64,000 bases of DNA from an uncultured delta proteobacterium (GTDB lineage: Bacteria > Desulfobacterota > RBG-13-43-22). Positions within the stretch are counted from its first letter, which is position 1. Every line of letters begins with the position of its first letter. Below are positions 10,192-19,476 of the stretch, piece after piece. The stretch is taken from NCBI GenBank assembly GCA_963802945.1, contig CAWDKY010000027.1, positions 148,347 to 212,346 of the forward strand, given 5' to 3'. The position numbers and the translations under genes are program-made. The notes beneath the pieces were generated by a model that saw only the letters and a list, made by a program, of their open reading frames with translations, did no database searches and was not told where the DNA came from.

Positions 10192-10824
10192 ATGAAATCG
10201 GCTGCAACTTTTTTTACCGAGGAAGAGAAAACCAAAATCAAGGAAACGACCCAGACCATTGAATTGAAAACTGATGGAGAGATCGCGGTGATGGTAGTGG
10301 ACAACAGCGATCATTATCTGGAAGCTGAGGTCTTGGGAGGAATTGTTTTCGCGAGTCTTCTAGCCTTAGCCGCTTCGGTTCTATTTTTCCATGAATCCCT
10401 TTATGCTTATATCCCTTTAAGCTTTGTCCTCTTTTTCCCTTTTCGATGGATCGGAGCCAAATTCTCTCGTCTGAAATTGGTTTTTATCGGACATCATCGG
10501 AAAGTAGCGACTGTTCATCATAGGGCACTTCGAGCCTTTTACGAAAAAAGGCTTGATCAAACTAAATATCATACCGGGGTTTTGTTTTTCATTTCTTTGC
10601 TGGAGCGAAAAGTCTGGGTTCTGGCTGATAAGGGCATTCATAAAAAGATGGAGCAAGAAACCCTCAATCAGTTTGCTAAGATGGTTTCTCGGGGAATCAA
10701 AGAAGACCGGGCCTGTGAGTCCCTCTGTCAGGCCATCGAGGGCATCGGACGATTACTGGCTGAACATTTTCCTCTCACCCCTGGTCATAAAGACGAATTG
10801 CCCGCCGAAGTAATGACCGAATAA
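10192..10824 (+). CDS. TPM-domain membrane protein
   Basis: ELKTDGEI, GVLFFISLLERKVWVLADKGI, DELP; usual third gene of LemA-TPM operons. Confidence 0.85.
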   Translation: MKSAATFFTEEEKTKIKETTQTIELKTDGEIAVMVVDNSDHYLEAEVLGGIVFASLLALAASVLFFHESLYAYIPLSFVLFFPFRWIGAKFSRLKLVFIGHHRKVATVHHRALRAFYEKRLDQTKYHTGVLFFISLLERKVWVLADKGIHKKMEQETLNQFAKMVSRGIKEDRACESLCQAIEGIGRLLAEHFPLTPGHKDELPAEVMTE

Positions 10825-10845
10825 GAATAACTTCAAGGAGGATGT

Positions 10846-11262
10846 ATGGATTATTTACAAATGACCTCACCCTGCGGTTTGGATTGTTTTAATTGCACCA
10901 TGTCTCAGACCAAAGACAATCCGAACCTGCGGATAAAAATTGCTAAAAATTTGGAGATTCCCGAGGAAAAGGCTACCTGCCAGGGATGCCGCGGGGAGAA
11001 TGGGACGATAGCTTTTTTAAACATGACCGAGCCTTGCAGCGTCTATCAATGCATCAAGAAAAAAGATATTGATTTTTGCTATGAGTGTTCCGATTTCCCC
11101 TGTGACTATCTCCACCCCTTTGCCGACCTGGCCTCGCAGAGGCCGCACAACACCAAGGTCTTTAATTTGTGCCTGATTAAAAAGATGGGGTTGGAATCGT
11201 GGGCCAAGACCAAAGCTAAAAAGGTGAGAGACACTTATTTCCAAGGAAAGTTTAAGCTCTAA
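10846..11262 (+). CDS. DUF3795-like Cys-rich protein
   Basis: PCGLDCFNC..CQGCR..C..C..FCYECSDFPC. Confidence 0.8.
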   Translation: MDYLQMTSPCGLDCFNCTMSQTKDNPNLRIKIAKNLEIPEEKATCQGCRGENGTIAFLNMTEPCSVYQCIKKKDIDFCYECSDFPCDYLHPFADLASQRPHNTKVFNLCLIKKMGLESWAKTKAKKVRDTYFQGKFKL

Positions 11263-11366
11263 CCATAATACCGAGGTAAATGCCGGCCAATAATTCAAAG
11301 CTTGAGTATTATCATTAGCGCGGCACCAACAAGAACGGCAAGCTCAGCATGCAGTAATGCTTGGGC

Positions 11367-11483
11367 ATGTCAAAAGCGCCAAAGAAGATGAAAAAAAACT
11401 GTAAATACTGGGATACCAGCGGCGATGGAGTTATTACCGAAGACGAGTATGTCCAGCAGTTCAAGAAGATTAAGAGGAAATAA
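11367..11483 (+). pseudogene. Short ORF/remnant with one EF-hand loop
   Basis: MSKAPKKMKKNCKYWDTSGDGVITEDEYVQQFKKIKRK; DTSGDGVITEDE fits the 12-residue EF-hand loop. Confidence 0.4.
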
Positions 11484-11622
11484 AGTGTCCTGACCAGTAT
11501 TTGGGTTGACGGACAGTGTCAAAATAACTCTTCTTGCGACTTTCACCTACAAGTCTTCTAAGACGATCACTTTCGAAAAATAGCGATTACCATTTGAAAT
11601 GCGCATGGTGAGTTGAATAACT

Positions 11623-13293
11623 TTAATGCTGTTTGTTCCTCTTCTCCTCGTACATCAACGTGTCTGCCTGAGCCATAAGTTCATCGAGAGAAAAGGGTTT
11701 TTTAGGGTCATAAGGTGCTATACCTATGCTCAGGGAGAGTGTATAGCTTCTTCCTTCAAGTCTGTTGTAATCATCAAGATAATTATGTAGACGCTTCATG
11801 AGGACTTCTCTGGTTTCATCGGTGGTATCTATTACGAGGATGGCAAATTCATCACCCCCCACACGGCCTATGATATCTGATTCCCTGAATACCTCTTTGA
11901 GGATAGTTGCAATCTCAACAAGTGCCTTGTCACCCTCCTGGTGACCCAATGTATCATTAATCTGCTTCATCTTATCCAGATCAGCAAAGAAGAGGAGCAT
12001 GTCTTTCTTGGTCCTCTCTGTTACCTTCATCTGCTGCTGGGCAAGGGTGAAGAACCCTCGTCTGTTGTTTAAACCCGTAAGGTCATCCATTATTGACATG
12101 GTCTGGAGTTTTTCTTCCAGTCGCTTGCGCTTAGTGATGTCCCTGGAAAGACCTCGGAATCCGACTGGCTTGCCTTCTTTATTTCTTATTAGAGATACCG
12201 AAATTTCGTTAAATCCGTTAGTCCCGTCTTTCTTGATAAATTCCCCCTCAAACGCCCTAATCTGTTCCCCTGTTCTGAATACCCTATTGAAGAGCTCATA
12301 CATTTTTTTAGCGGCTGTTTCATCGGTATATCGCTTGTAGTTCATCCCGATCAATTCTTCCCGGGTATATCCAAGATCGCTACACTCGGCGTCGTTAACA
12401 AAGGTAAAATTTCCGGTAAGGTCAACCTCAAAATAACCCTCTTGGGTGTTATCAAGAATGGTCCGGTATTTCTCCTCACTCTGGATCAGCGCCTCTTCCG
12501 CCCGCTTGCGCTCGGTGATGTCAAACATGGTAGACCTGATCATCAAGTAGTGCCCGGGTGAGTCATAGATGACTGAGGCATTCAATAACACCGGGAACGT
12601 TGTACCGTCTTTGCGAATTATTTCTAGTTCTAATTCCCCTACAAATCCTTCGGTTTTAAGGCGTGAAAAATTTTCCCGGAAGGTTGGCAGGTTCTCTGAG
12701 GCGATCAAGTCGGAAAACTTTTTTTTCCCAATCAGCTCGTTCCGGGTATATCCCAACCATCTAAGTTCAGTATGGTTGATTCGTTGGAATATGCCGTTTT
12801 CGTCTAATGAGTGATAGCCACAAGGGGCGTTGTTATATAGATCTTCAATCTCTTCCGCCGATTTACGCAGTTGGGCCGTTCTTTCCGCCACCTGGATTTC
12901 AAGCTTGGTCCGCAACCGACTCAGTTCGAGATGGGTCCTCACTCGCGCCAGGAGTTCTTCGCGCTGGTAGGGCTTGGAAATAAAATCAACTGCCCCAAGC
13001 CCGAATCCTTTCACATTTACATCGAGGTCTGTAAGACCGCTAATAATCATTACAGGGATATCGCGGCTATCTTCCTGCGCTTTAAGCCGTCGGCAGACTT
13101 CGAATCCATCTATGCCCGGCAAGCCGATATCCAGAAAAATCAGCCCGGGCGGCTCGGACGCCACGGAGCGAAGCGCCAGTTCTCCGCTACCGGCTGAGCG
13201 CACCTGGAAGCCCCCAGTCGACAAGATATTCGTAAGCAGCCTCACCGCCAGCGGATCGTCGTCGACAATAAGTATTTCATCTTGCTCGGTCAT
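11623..13293 (-). CDS. Diguanylate cyclase, REC-PAS-PAS-GGDEF
   Basis: REC (IVDDD, FLDIGLP, SKP), two PAS/PAC, GGDEF with RESD I-site; start set at MTEQ by comparison with the paralog at 22020. Confidence 0.93.
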   Translation of the reverse strand: MTEQDEILIVDDDPLAVRLLTNILSTGGFQVRSAGSGELALRSVASEPPGLIFLDIGLPGIDGFEVCRRLKAQEDSRDIPVMIISGLTDLDVNVKGFGLGAVDFISKPYQREELLARVRTHLELSRLRTKLEIQVAERTAQLRKSAEEIEDLYNNAPCGYHSLDENGIFQRINHTELRWLGYTRNELIGKKKFSDLIASENLPTFRENFSRLKTEGFVGELELEIIRKDGTTFPVLLNASVIYDSPGHYLMIRSTMFDITERKRAEEALIQSEEKYRTILDNTQEGYFEVDLTGNFTFVNDAECSDLGYTREELIGMNYKRYTDETAAKKMYELFNRVFRTGEQIRAFEGEFIKKDGTNGFNEISVSLIRNKEGKPVGFRGLSRDITKRKRLEEKLQTMSIMDDLTGLNNRRGFFTLAQQQMKVTERTKKDMLLFFADLDKMKQINDTLGHQEGDKALVEIATILKEVFRESDIIGRVGGDEFAILVIDTTDETREVLMKRLHNYLDDYNRLEGRSYTLSLSIGIAPYDPKKPFSLDELMAQADTLMYEEKRNKQH

Positions 13294-13342
13294 AAACCAC
13301 ACCCATATCCCAGTTTTGATAATGAAAATCTTTTTACGTTCT
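12490..13342. repeat. Direct repeat copy 1 of ~853-bp REC-PAS module (copy 2 at 21217-22069)
   Basis: Near-identical at constant offset 8727; includes ~50 bp upstream of the start codon. Confidence 0.95.
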
Positions 13343-13369
13343 ATGCAGTTTTAATATCAGACAACCAAT

Positions 13370-13411
13370 AAAAGACCTCACCTCTCTCTTGAGGAACGGG
13401 GTCTATTTTTT
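13370..13411 (-). terminator. Putative intrinsic terminator between PocR/HD-GYP gene and GGDEF gene
   Basis: AGACCTCA...CGGGGTCT imperfect stem flanked by A-tract and T-tract. Confidence 0.45.
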
Positions 13412-13430
13412 ACATTTTGCTGATTTCCAC

Positions 13431-13590
13431 TTGAACTCTTCTTATTTTTTCAAAATCTAATTTTGAAGATTTCAAGGAAGAAATGTTTCAAAATTGAAGG
13501 ACAAATGCACCCGCCACTCTGATTTTGAAGACTCCACCTACAAGTCCTCAAAAAACATAGCCCTATAAATGCACGATTACTGTTTGAAAG
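13431..13590. repeat. Intergenic repeat downstream of c-di-GMP genes (related copies 11536-11600, 17616-17763)
   Basis: Shared blocks TTGAACTCTT..TTTTTCAAAA..CAAGGAAGAA..CACCTACAAGTC..AAAAAACATAGCCCTA..ACGATTAC. Confidence 0.75.
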
Positions 13591-13642
13591 CAAGCGATTT
13601 AAAGCAAAGAAAATTTATAAATCAGACCTATCATTTTCCGGT

Positions 13643-16600
13643 TTACTCAAACCCAAACCCTTTCTCCTTGAATAATTTCAGACACACTTCCACTACTTCC
13701 GGGTCGTAAAGGATCCCTTTGTTCTTCTCGATCTCCTCCAGAGCGGCATCAATTCCCAATGCGGGCCGATAAGGCCGATGTGAAGCCATGGCTTCAACAA
13801 CGTCTGCCACCGTAAGGATCTTAGCTTCAAGAAGAATGTTTTCTCCCACTAGTTTATTAGGATATCCCGACCCATCCATCTTCTCATGATGCTCCAGAAC
13901 GATTCTGGCAATAGGCCAGGGGAATTCAATGTCTTTAAGGATTTCATATCCAGACTGAGAATGTTCTTGGATTAACTTATATTCAATTTTTTTTAACTTC
14001 GTGGATTTGGTGAGAATTTCCGCAGGAACGGCAATCTTGCCAAGATCATGGATGACAGCTGCCATTCGGACACCTTCAATTTGATGGATCGGAAGGTCCA
14101 TTTCTGAAGCAATGGCCTGAGCCAGTGCGGCAACCCGTCTCTGATGTCCCGCCGTGTAAGGATCACGAGATTCAACCACAGTAGCCATCGCCTTAACCGT
14201 TCCAGATAATGCCTGTTGAAGCTGATCAAAACTCTCTTTGAGATTAGCTTCTGCTTTACGTGATATGATAATTTTGTACAATTCGTTGGCTACGAGTTGC
14301 AACTGGTCTACATCATGCTCATTGTATTCTTCTTTCTTGTTCCCCACGCCAAATATCACATGAACATCGTTATCTACTACAACAGGGATGCTCATAAAGC
14401 GCTTTAGTGGAGTATGACCTTCCGGAAGGCCCTTCTGGTTGGGAGAGTTAGGGAAATCATTATAAACAATTGGTTTTTTGTAACGAACGCAGTCAACCCA
14501 GTTTCCCGCTTGGTCCAGAGGATAATGATTGTCATAGACAGTGGTGCACGATTTAAGAGCCTCCGCATTCCAGGTTTTTAGAATAATAGTCTTACTGTTA
14601 TCAGCAACCTGGTGAAAGAAACCGATTGCACTGTCAGTTAGGTTGACTGCTTTTTCAAGAACATAATCATAAAGTTCCTTGTCAGTCATGTGGGAAGCAA
14701 CTAAATAAAGTTCTAGCAAAAGCTTTGTTCTGGCCACTTCTTTATTGATGCGATCTTCCGCTAACTTGAGGTCGGTGATGTTCTCAATGGCAGACAGGGT
14801 GCATTGTTCCCCGTCGAGTTCGATCAATTCAGCGGAAAACAGGCAGGTGATCACCTCGCCGCTCTTGGTGCGAACTTGCACCTCTTCGTTCCGCAATCCG
14901 CCATTCGCGAGGAAAATCGGCAACAGGCGTTCGCGATCAGCTCGATTCACCCACAGACCCATGTCTATCATTGTGCTGGCAAGCGCTTCCTCGCGCGTGT
15001 ATCCCATGATCTTTTCAAAGGCTTCGTTTACTTCGATCAATCTCTCATTGACGGTTGAACTAATGGTAAAAATAATGGGACTTTCCTTAAACGCCTTGGC
15101 GAATTTTTCCTCCGATCTGCGCAACAATTCTTCCGCCCGCTTGCGCTCGGTGATGTCACTTCCGTAAATGGTAGTGTAACCGGCATCGATAATCGGCGCA
15201 ATAGTGAACGAGAATGTGCGCTTGTTGTGTTCAAGATCGACCAATAGAACCGATCCGCTGTTCATGACCTCAGAGACGACATCTTTCAGTATGGATGGAA
15301 CGTCCTGGCCTACCTGTAACTGCCACTCCGTCAACTGGCTCATGCCGGCCTGGTTAATATAGAGCAGCGTGCCATCTCGGCCGATGCGCAAGACTGGGTT
15401 AGGATTTTCGGCTGGGAACATGGCCAGGTCATGTATTTCTTTCTCAGCCTGCTTGCGTTCGGTGATGTCTATGATTGCTCCTCTTATCCCAGTGGCATTA
15501 TTCTGATGAATAATAGGAGAGGAATAGATAAGTCCGATAAACGTGCTGCCATCTTTCCTAATAAAGGTATATTCCTGGCCGGGGATTGATGCTCCCCGCA
15601 TTACCTTCCCCATATTCTCCCCAACTTGTTGCCATTCTTCGGGGGCAAAGAACTGAAGTACGTTCATATCTTCATTGAAATCTTGATTATTATACCCGAA
15701 GGCTTTGAGGGCAGTTTGATTAAAGGAGATAAGACGACCTGTAGCATCAATTTCAAAAATTGATATTGGTAGGAAATCGGTCGTTTCACGGTATCGCTTT
15801 TCACTCACGCGTATCGCCTCTTCGTTCTGCTTGCGCTCGGTGATGTCCCTAATTGTCCCTAAAATGTGCCACTGTTTGTTTATTAGCACTGTGCTTATGG
15901 AAATTGAGATTGTAATAATCTCTCCGCCCTTCTTGTTGCCTTTCAATTCTAAGTCTTTGATAAAGCCTTTTTCTTTGAGTTCAGAAACCATTCTTGCGCG
16001 GTCATCTGGATCATTATAAAGGCCAAGCTCTAATGAGGTTCTGCCGATTACTTCATCTCGCGTATATCCATAAACATCTTCAAAAACGGGATTAATATCG
16101 ATGATTCGACCTTCTTCCAACGTGGCCCAATAAAAAGCATCCAAACCAGTCATGAATGATAATCTGAATTTTTCTTCACTCAGTTTCAATGATTCTTCTA
16201 TTTTTTGGCGTTCGGTGATGTCTTCATAGATGCCGACAATGCCATAGGGAGTGTTGGTAGCATCAATAAGTGGAATTTTGGAGGTATCGATAACGATACG
16301 TGAGCCATCGGCTTGTTGGAGGGGCTCTATGATATGCAGTCGGGGTTCGTTAGCGGAGATGACGGCCAGGTCGTCGGCACGGTAAGCCTCGGCTTCTTGT
16401 CGCGGCCACGGAAGATCGAAGTCGGTTTTGCCGACGATAACATTCGGCGTGGCAAGACCGGCGGCCTTGGCAAAAGGTGCATTGCAGCCAAGGTATCTGC
16501 CGTTAAGATCTTTCCAGAAAATGGACTGAGGGATGGTATTAAGAATGGTTGAATGCCGTTTCTCGTTTTCGATCGCGTCTTTGCGGTCGATACTGAGTTT

Positions 16601-17170
16601 GGTAATCACATTGGTCATGCGTACCAGAAGATCAAGGATGACCGGAATTTTCTCTTCATCGACAATGGGCACTTCCCGAAGAGCGGCAAGATAATCGGCA
16701 ATATCAAAATCTAATTCCTCGGCTTGCCTGCGAAACCAAGCTTCGTCGGGTTCTTTAGTCAGAAATTGTCCGACAAAGACATTGGCGATATGTTTTCCTT
16801 CGATGATGATTGGGGAAGCGCAGTCAGTTAAGCCGTTTCTGCAGGCATAGATGGTATAAGTTTTTCCTTCCTGGAGTTGTGTCGCCAATTGGGTGTCGCT
16901 CTCGATACAACGGTCGCACGTTGTGGGATGGACGCGGTGGAACTGGGTGCAAAGGCGTCGCCATTGGGATGAGAGAAGGACATTGGCATTGAGATCAATG
17001 ATGGCGACTGGAATATTGATGAGGTTATAATACGACTCAAACAGTTGCTGGATTTCGGTCGTCTTTAGCAACTCTTCCAACATCGAGGACATGGCGGGAA
17101 GATCGCCGCTGTATCGGTATGATGTTGGATCCTTCATATCCACGTAAATCTCATAGTTATTGTTCATCAA
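13643..17170 (-). CDS. HD-GYP phosphodiesterase with PocR sensor, multiple PAS and GAF domains
   Basis: PocR (LCTQFHR..RCIESD..CRNGLTD..PIII..FVGQF), repeated PAS/PAC ending DITERK, GAF, HDLGK, HHEKMDGSGYP; start codon uncertain. Confidence 0.92.
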   Translation of the reverse strand: MMNNNYEIYVDMKDPTSYRYSGDLPAMSSMLEELLKTTEIQQLFESYYNLINIPVAIIDLNANVLLSSQWRRLCTQFHRVHPTTCDRCIESDTQLATQLQEGKTYTIYACRNGLTDCASPIIIEGKHIANVFVGQFLTKEPDEAWFRRQAEELDFDIADYLAALREVPIVDEEKIPVILDLLVRMTNVITKLSIDRKDAIENEKRHSTILNTIPQSIFWKDLNGRYLGCNAPFAKAAGLATPNVIVGKTDFDLPWPRQEAEAYRADDLAVISANEPRLHIIEPLQQADGSRIVIDTSKIPLIDATNTPYGIVGIYEDITERQKIEESLKLSEEKFRLSFMTGLDAFYWATLEEGRIIDINPVFEDVYGYTRDEVIGRTSLELGLYNDPDDRARMVSELKEKGFIKDLELKGNKKGGEIITISISISTVLINKQWHILGTIRDITERKQNEEAIRVSEKRYRETTDFLPISIFEIDATGRLISFNQTALKAFGYNNQDFNEDMNVLQFFAPEEWQQVGENMGKVMRGASIPGQEYTFIRKDGSTFIGLIYSSPIIHQNNATGIRGAIIDITERKQAEKEIHDLAMFPAENPNPVLRIGRDGTLLYINQAGMSQLTEWQLQVGQDVPSILKDVVSEVMNSGSVLLVDLEHNKRTFSFTIAPIIDAGYTTIYGSDITERKRAEELLRRSEEKFAKAFKESPIIFTISSTVNERLIEVNEAFEKIMGYTREEALASTMIDMGLWVNRADRERLLPIFLANGGLRNEEVQVRTKSGEVITCLFSAELIELDGEQCTLSAIENITDLKLAEDRINKEVARTKLLLELYLVASHMTDKELYDYVLEKAVNLTDSAIGFFHQVADNSKTIILKTWNAEALKSCTTVYDNHYPLDQAGNWVDCVRYKKPIVYNDFPNSPNQKGLPEGHTPLKRFMSIPVVVDNDVHVIFGVGNKKEEYNEHDVDQLQLVANELYKIIISRKAEANLKESFDQLQQALSGTVKAMATVVESRDPYTAGHQRRVAALAQAIASEMDLPIHQIEGVRMAAVIHDLGKIAVPAEILTKSTKLKKIEYKLIQEHSQSGYEILKDIEFPWPIARIVLEHHEKMDGSGYPNKLVGENILLEAKILTVADVVEAMASHRPYRPALGIDAALEEIEKNKGILYDPEVVEVCLKLFKEKGFGFE

Positions 17171-17386
17171 TGCTCCTTTTTTTCAGAAAAAAGGTTATGA
17201 AATAGTAGATCAATATACACTCCTTATGTGATTGGTTAATCCTAATGGCTCGACTTTAGCGCATGATTCCTCCCGGATTACTCCGGTTGATCCCCTTAGA
17301 TGCCCATTAAGATCGAGAGCCCCTTTGCCCTTTCAGGTTGTTATCTAGAAAAGTGTGACCGATTTCGCCAAAAAGGAAGGCTCAAT

Positions 17387-17429
17387 AAAAAAACCTCCAA
17401 AGGAAATAGATATCCCTTATGGAGGTTTC
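17387..17429 (-). terminator. Intrinsic-terminator-like hairpin upstream of the PocR/HD-GYP gene
   Basis: Minus strand GAAACCTCCATAAGGGATA..TATTTCCTTTGGAGGTTTTTTT. Confidence 0.6.
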
Positions 17430-17615
17430 GTATCGGTACTTTTTGAGAATCCCACTTTATTTCCCGCTCCAAAAAGGTTGGGGTTAAGTTGGAATTTTTT
17501 CAATAAATTATAGTAATAATAGAATTATTGCTCCGTTGAGAGAAAAAGTCAATAGAACAGTGGTGAAATGATGTGACTGCATAGGTTTATAATATGCCTT
17601 ATTAAGGATTTTCGT

Positions 17616-17763
17616 TTGAACTCTTGTCTTTTTTCAAAAGAGTAAATTTGAAAGTTACAAGGAAGAACTCCTCAAGTTTCCCCGACCATGGCCTCCACAC
17701 TCCAAATTCAAATCTTTCACCTACAAGTCCTTAAAAAACATAGCCCTAAAAATTAACGATTAC
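17616..17763. repeat. Intergenic repeat copy (see 13431-13590)
   Basis: Same conserved blocks, including CACCTACAAGTCC and AAAAAACATAGCCCTA. Confidence 0.75.
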
Positions 17764-17911
17764 GGATAGAAATATGGGAGAGATGATTGGACAACCCTGT
17801 CCTTGAACTTGAGGTGTTATCGCTCCTTTTTGGCCATAGTCATCTCCTTCCTTTGGGCTGACTCAGAGGTTATCATATTGTCCAATTTTTAGGGACCACC
17901 TCAATCTGAAC

Positions 17912-19465
17912 TTACTCAAACATAAATCCTTTTTCCCTGAATAGTCTCAAACACACCTCTACTACCTCCGGGTCGTAGAGGATTCCTTTGTTCTTCTCGA
18001 TCTCCTCAAGTGCGGCATCAATACTCAAAGCGAAACGATAAGGCCGATTAGAGACCATGGCCTCCACCACATCGGCCACCATAAGGATACGCGCTTCCAG
18101 GGAGATTGATTCTCCCTTGAGCCCCCGGGGATACCCCGAACCATTCAGCCGTTCATGGTGCTGATAGACAATTTCTGACAGAGGCCACGGAGAATCCACA
18201 TCTTTCAGAAGTTCGTATCCTTTCTGGGAGTGTGTCTTCATCATAGAAAATTCGACTGCGCTCATCTTTGAGGGCTTGCTCCAGATTTCCGTGGGAGTGG
18301 AAATTTTGCCGATCTCATAGATAGACGCAACCAGGCGGACACAATCAACCATTTCTTGGGGAAGACCCATTTCCTCCGCAATCGCCCCAGACAGGATGGA
18401 GACTCTTTGTTGGTGTCCGGCTGCATAGGGATCTTTGGTCTCTACGGCCATGACCAGCGCCCGAAGGGTTACCCTTACTGCCTTGCGTAATTTCTCTTCG
18501 CTCTCACGCAGTTTCCCCTCCGCCTTTTTACGATCGGTTATGTCACATAGAAAATTCAAAGTAGCCGGTTTCTCCTTCCATGGGACAACAACTGTCTTAG
18601 CCTCAACCCACCTGACCACGCCATCCCTTCTGATAACCCTAAAAGGATAAACCAGGGGGACTTCTTCACCTCTCATTCTCTTGACATTATTATCCATTAC
18701 CATTTCACGATCATCAGGGTGGATAAACTCAATAAAAGGCTTTGAGGTTAACACCTCCGGAGGGTATCCAAGTATTTTAACACCTCCAGGATTGACAAAT
18801 TTTATCCTTCCCTCTTGGGTAATAGAAATCGATTCTGTCGCATTCTCAGCAATAAGACGATATTCCTCTTCCCTTGCCTTAAGATACTCCTCTGCTTGCT
18901 TGCGCTCGGTAATACGGGCGACGGAAATTATGCCGATAATCTTGCCTTGGCGCATTAATGGAGATCCACTGATTTCACCATACTTTATGGTTCCATCCTT
19001 GGCGATAAACCGATAAGTTGTCGTCGAAGTTATTTTACCCTTTAAGACCAAACTTATATCAGCGATAGCCTGCTCAAAAGATTCCGGCGTAAGGATATAT
19101 TCTAACTCGGAAACAAATCGGCCAACGAAATCTTTTGGTTTATACCCCAATATTTTCTCCACGCTTGGAGACATACTTAAAAAATTGAGATTGGTGTCAA
19201 TTGTAAAAATAACATCGCTTACATTCTCAAAACTCATCCGACACTGCTCCTCCAATATCTTCAACTTTTGATTAGCAATTTCTAGGTCTGACATTTTCTT
19301 TTCAAGTTTTTTAAAAAGGCCTTCATTGTGCCGCCGGAGGAACTCCATTTCTTCACCGAGAGGCTTGGTCACTTCTTGCTTTACCGTATATTTTTCTTCC
19401 AACATCTCTTTTAACATATTCATAAAAATATCCGGTTCCTGGGGTTTAATAATGAATCGATCCAT
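17912..19465 (-). CDS. PAS-PAS-HD-GYP protein with degenerate HD motif and truncated REC remnant
   Basis: N-terminus DRFIIKPQEPD resembles the last strand of a REC domain; HD replaced by YE (IYEIGK); HHERLNGSGYP retained. Confidence 0.85.
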   Translation of the reverse strand: MDRFIIKPQEPDIFMNMLKEMLEEKYTVKQEVTKPLGEEMEFLRRHNEGLFKKLEKKMSDLEIANQKLKILEEQCRMSFENVSDVIFTIDTNLNFLSMSPSVEKILGYKPKDFVGRFVSELEYILTPESFEQAIADISLVLKGKITSTTTYRFIAKDGTIKYGEISGSPLMRQGKIIGIISVARITERKQAEEYLKAREEEYRLIAENATESISITQEGRIKFVNPGGVKILGYPPEVLTSKPFIEFIHPDDREMVMDNNVKRMRGEEVPLVYPFRVIRRDGVVRWVEAKTVVVPWKEKPATLNFLCDITDRKKAEGKLRESEEKLRKAVRVTLRALVMAVETKDPYAAGHQQRVSILSGAIAEEMGLPQEMVDCVRLVASIYEIGKISTPTEIWSKPSKMSAVEFSMMKTHSQKGYELLKDVDSPWPLSEIVYQHHERLNGSGYPRGLKGESISLEARILMVADVVEAMVSNRPYRFALSIDAALEEIEKNKGILYDPEVVEVCLRLFREKGFMFE

Positions 19466-19476
19466 CGTTTTCCGGT

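Noticed and set aside
11421-11483. GGCGATGGAGTT resembles the 5' end of a fluoride (crcB) riboswitch
   Set aside because: No CGCC pairing strand or downstream GCTGATGACTCC; better explained as EF-hand codons.
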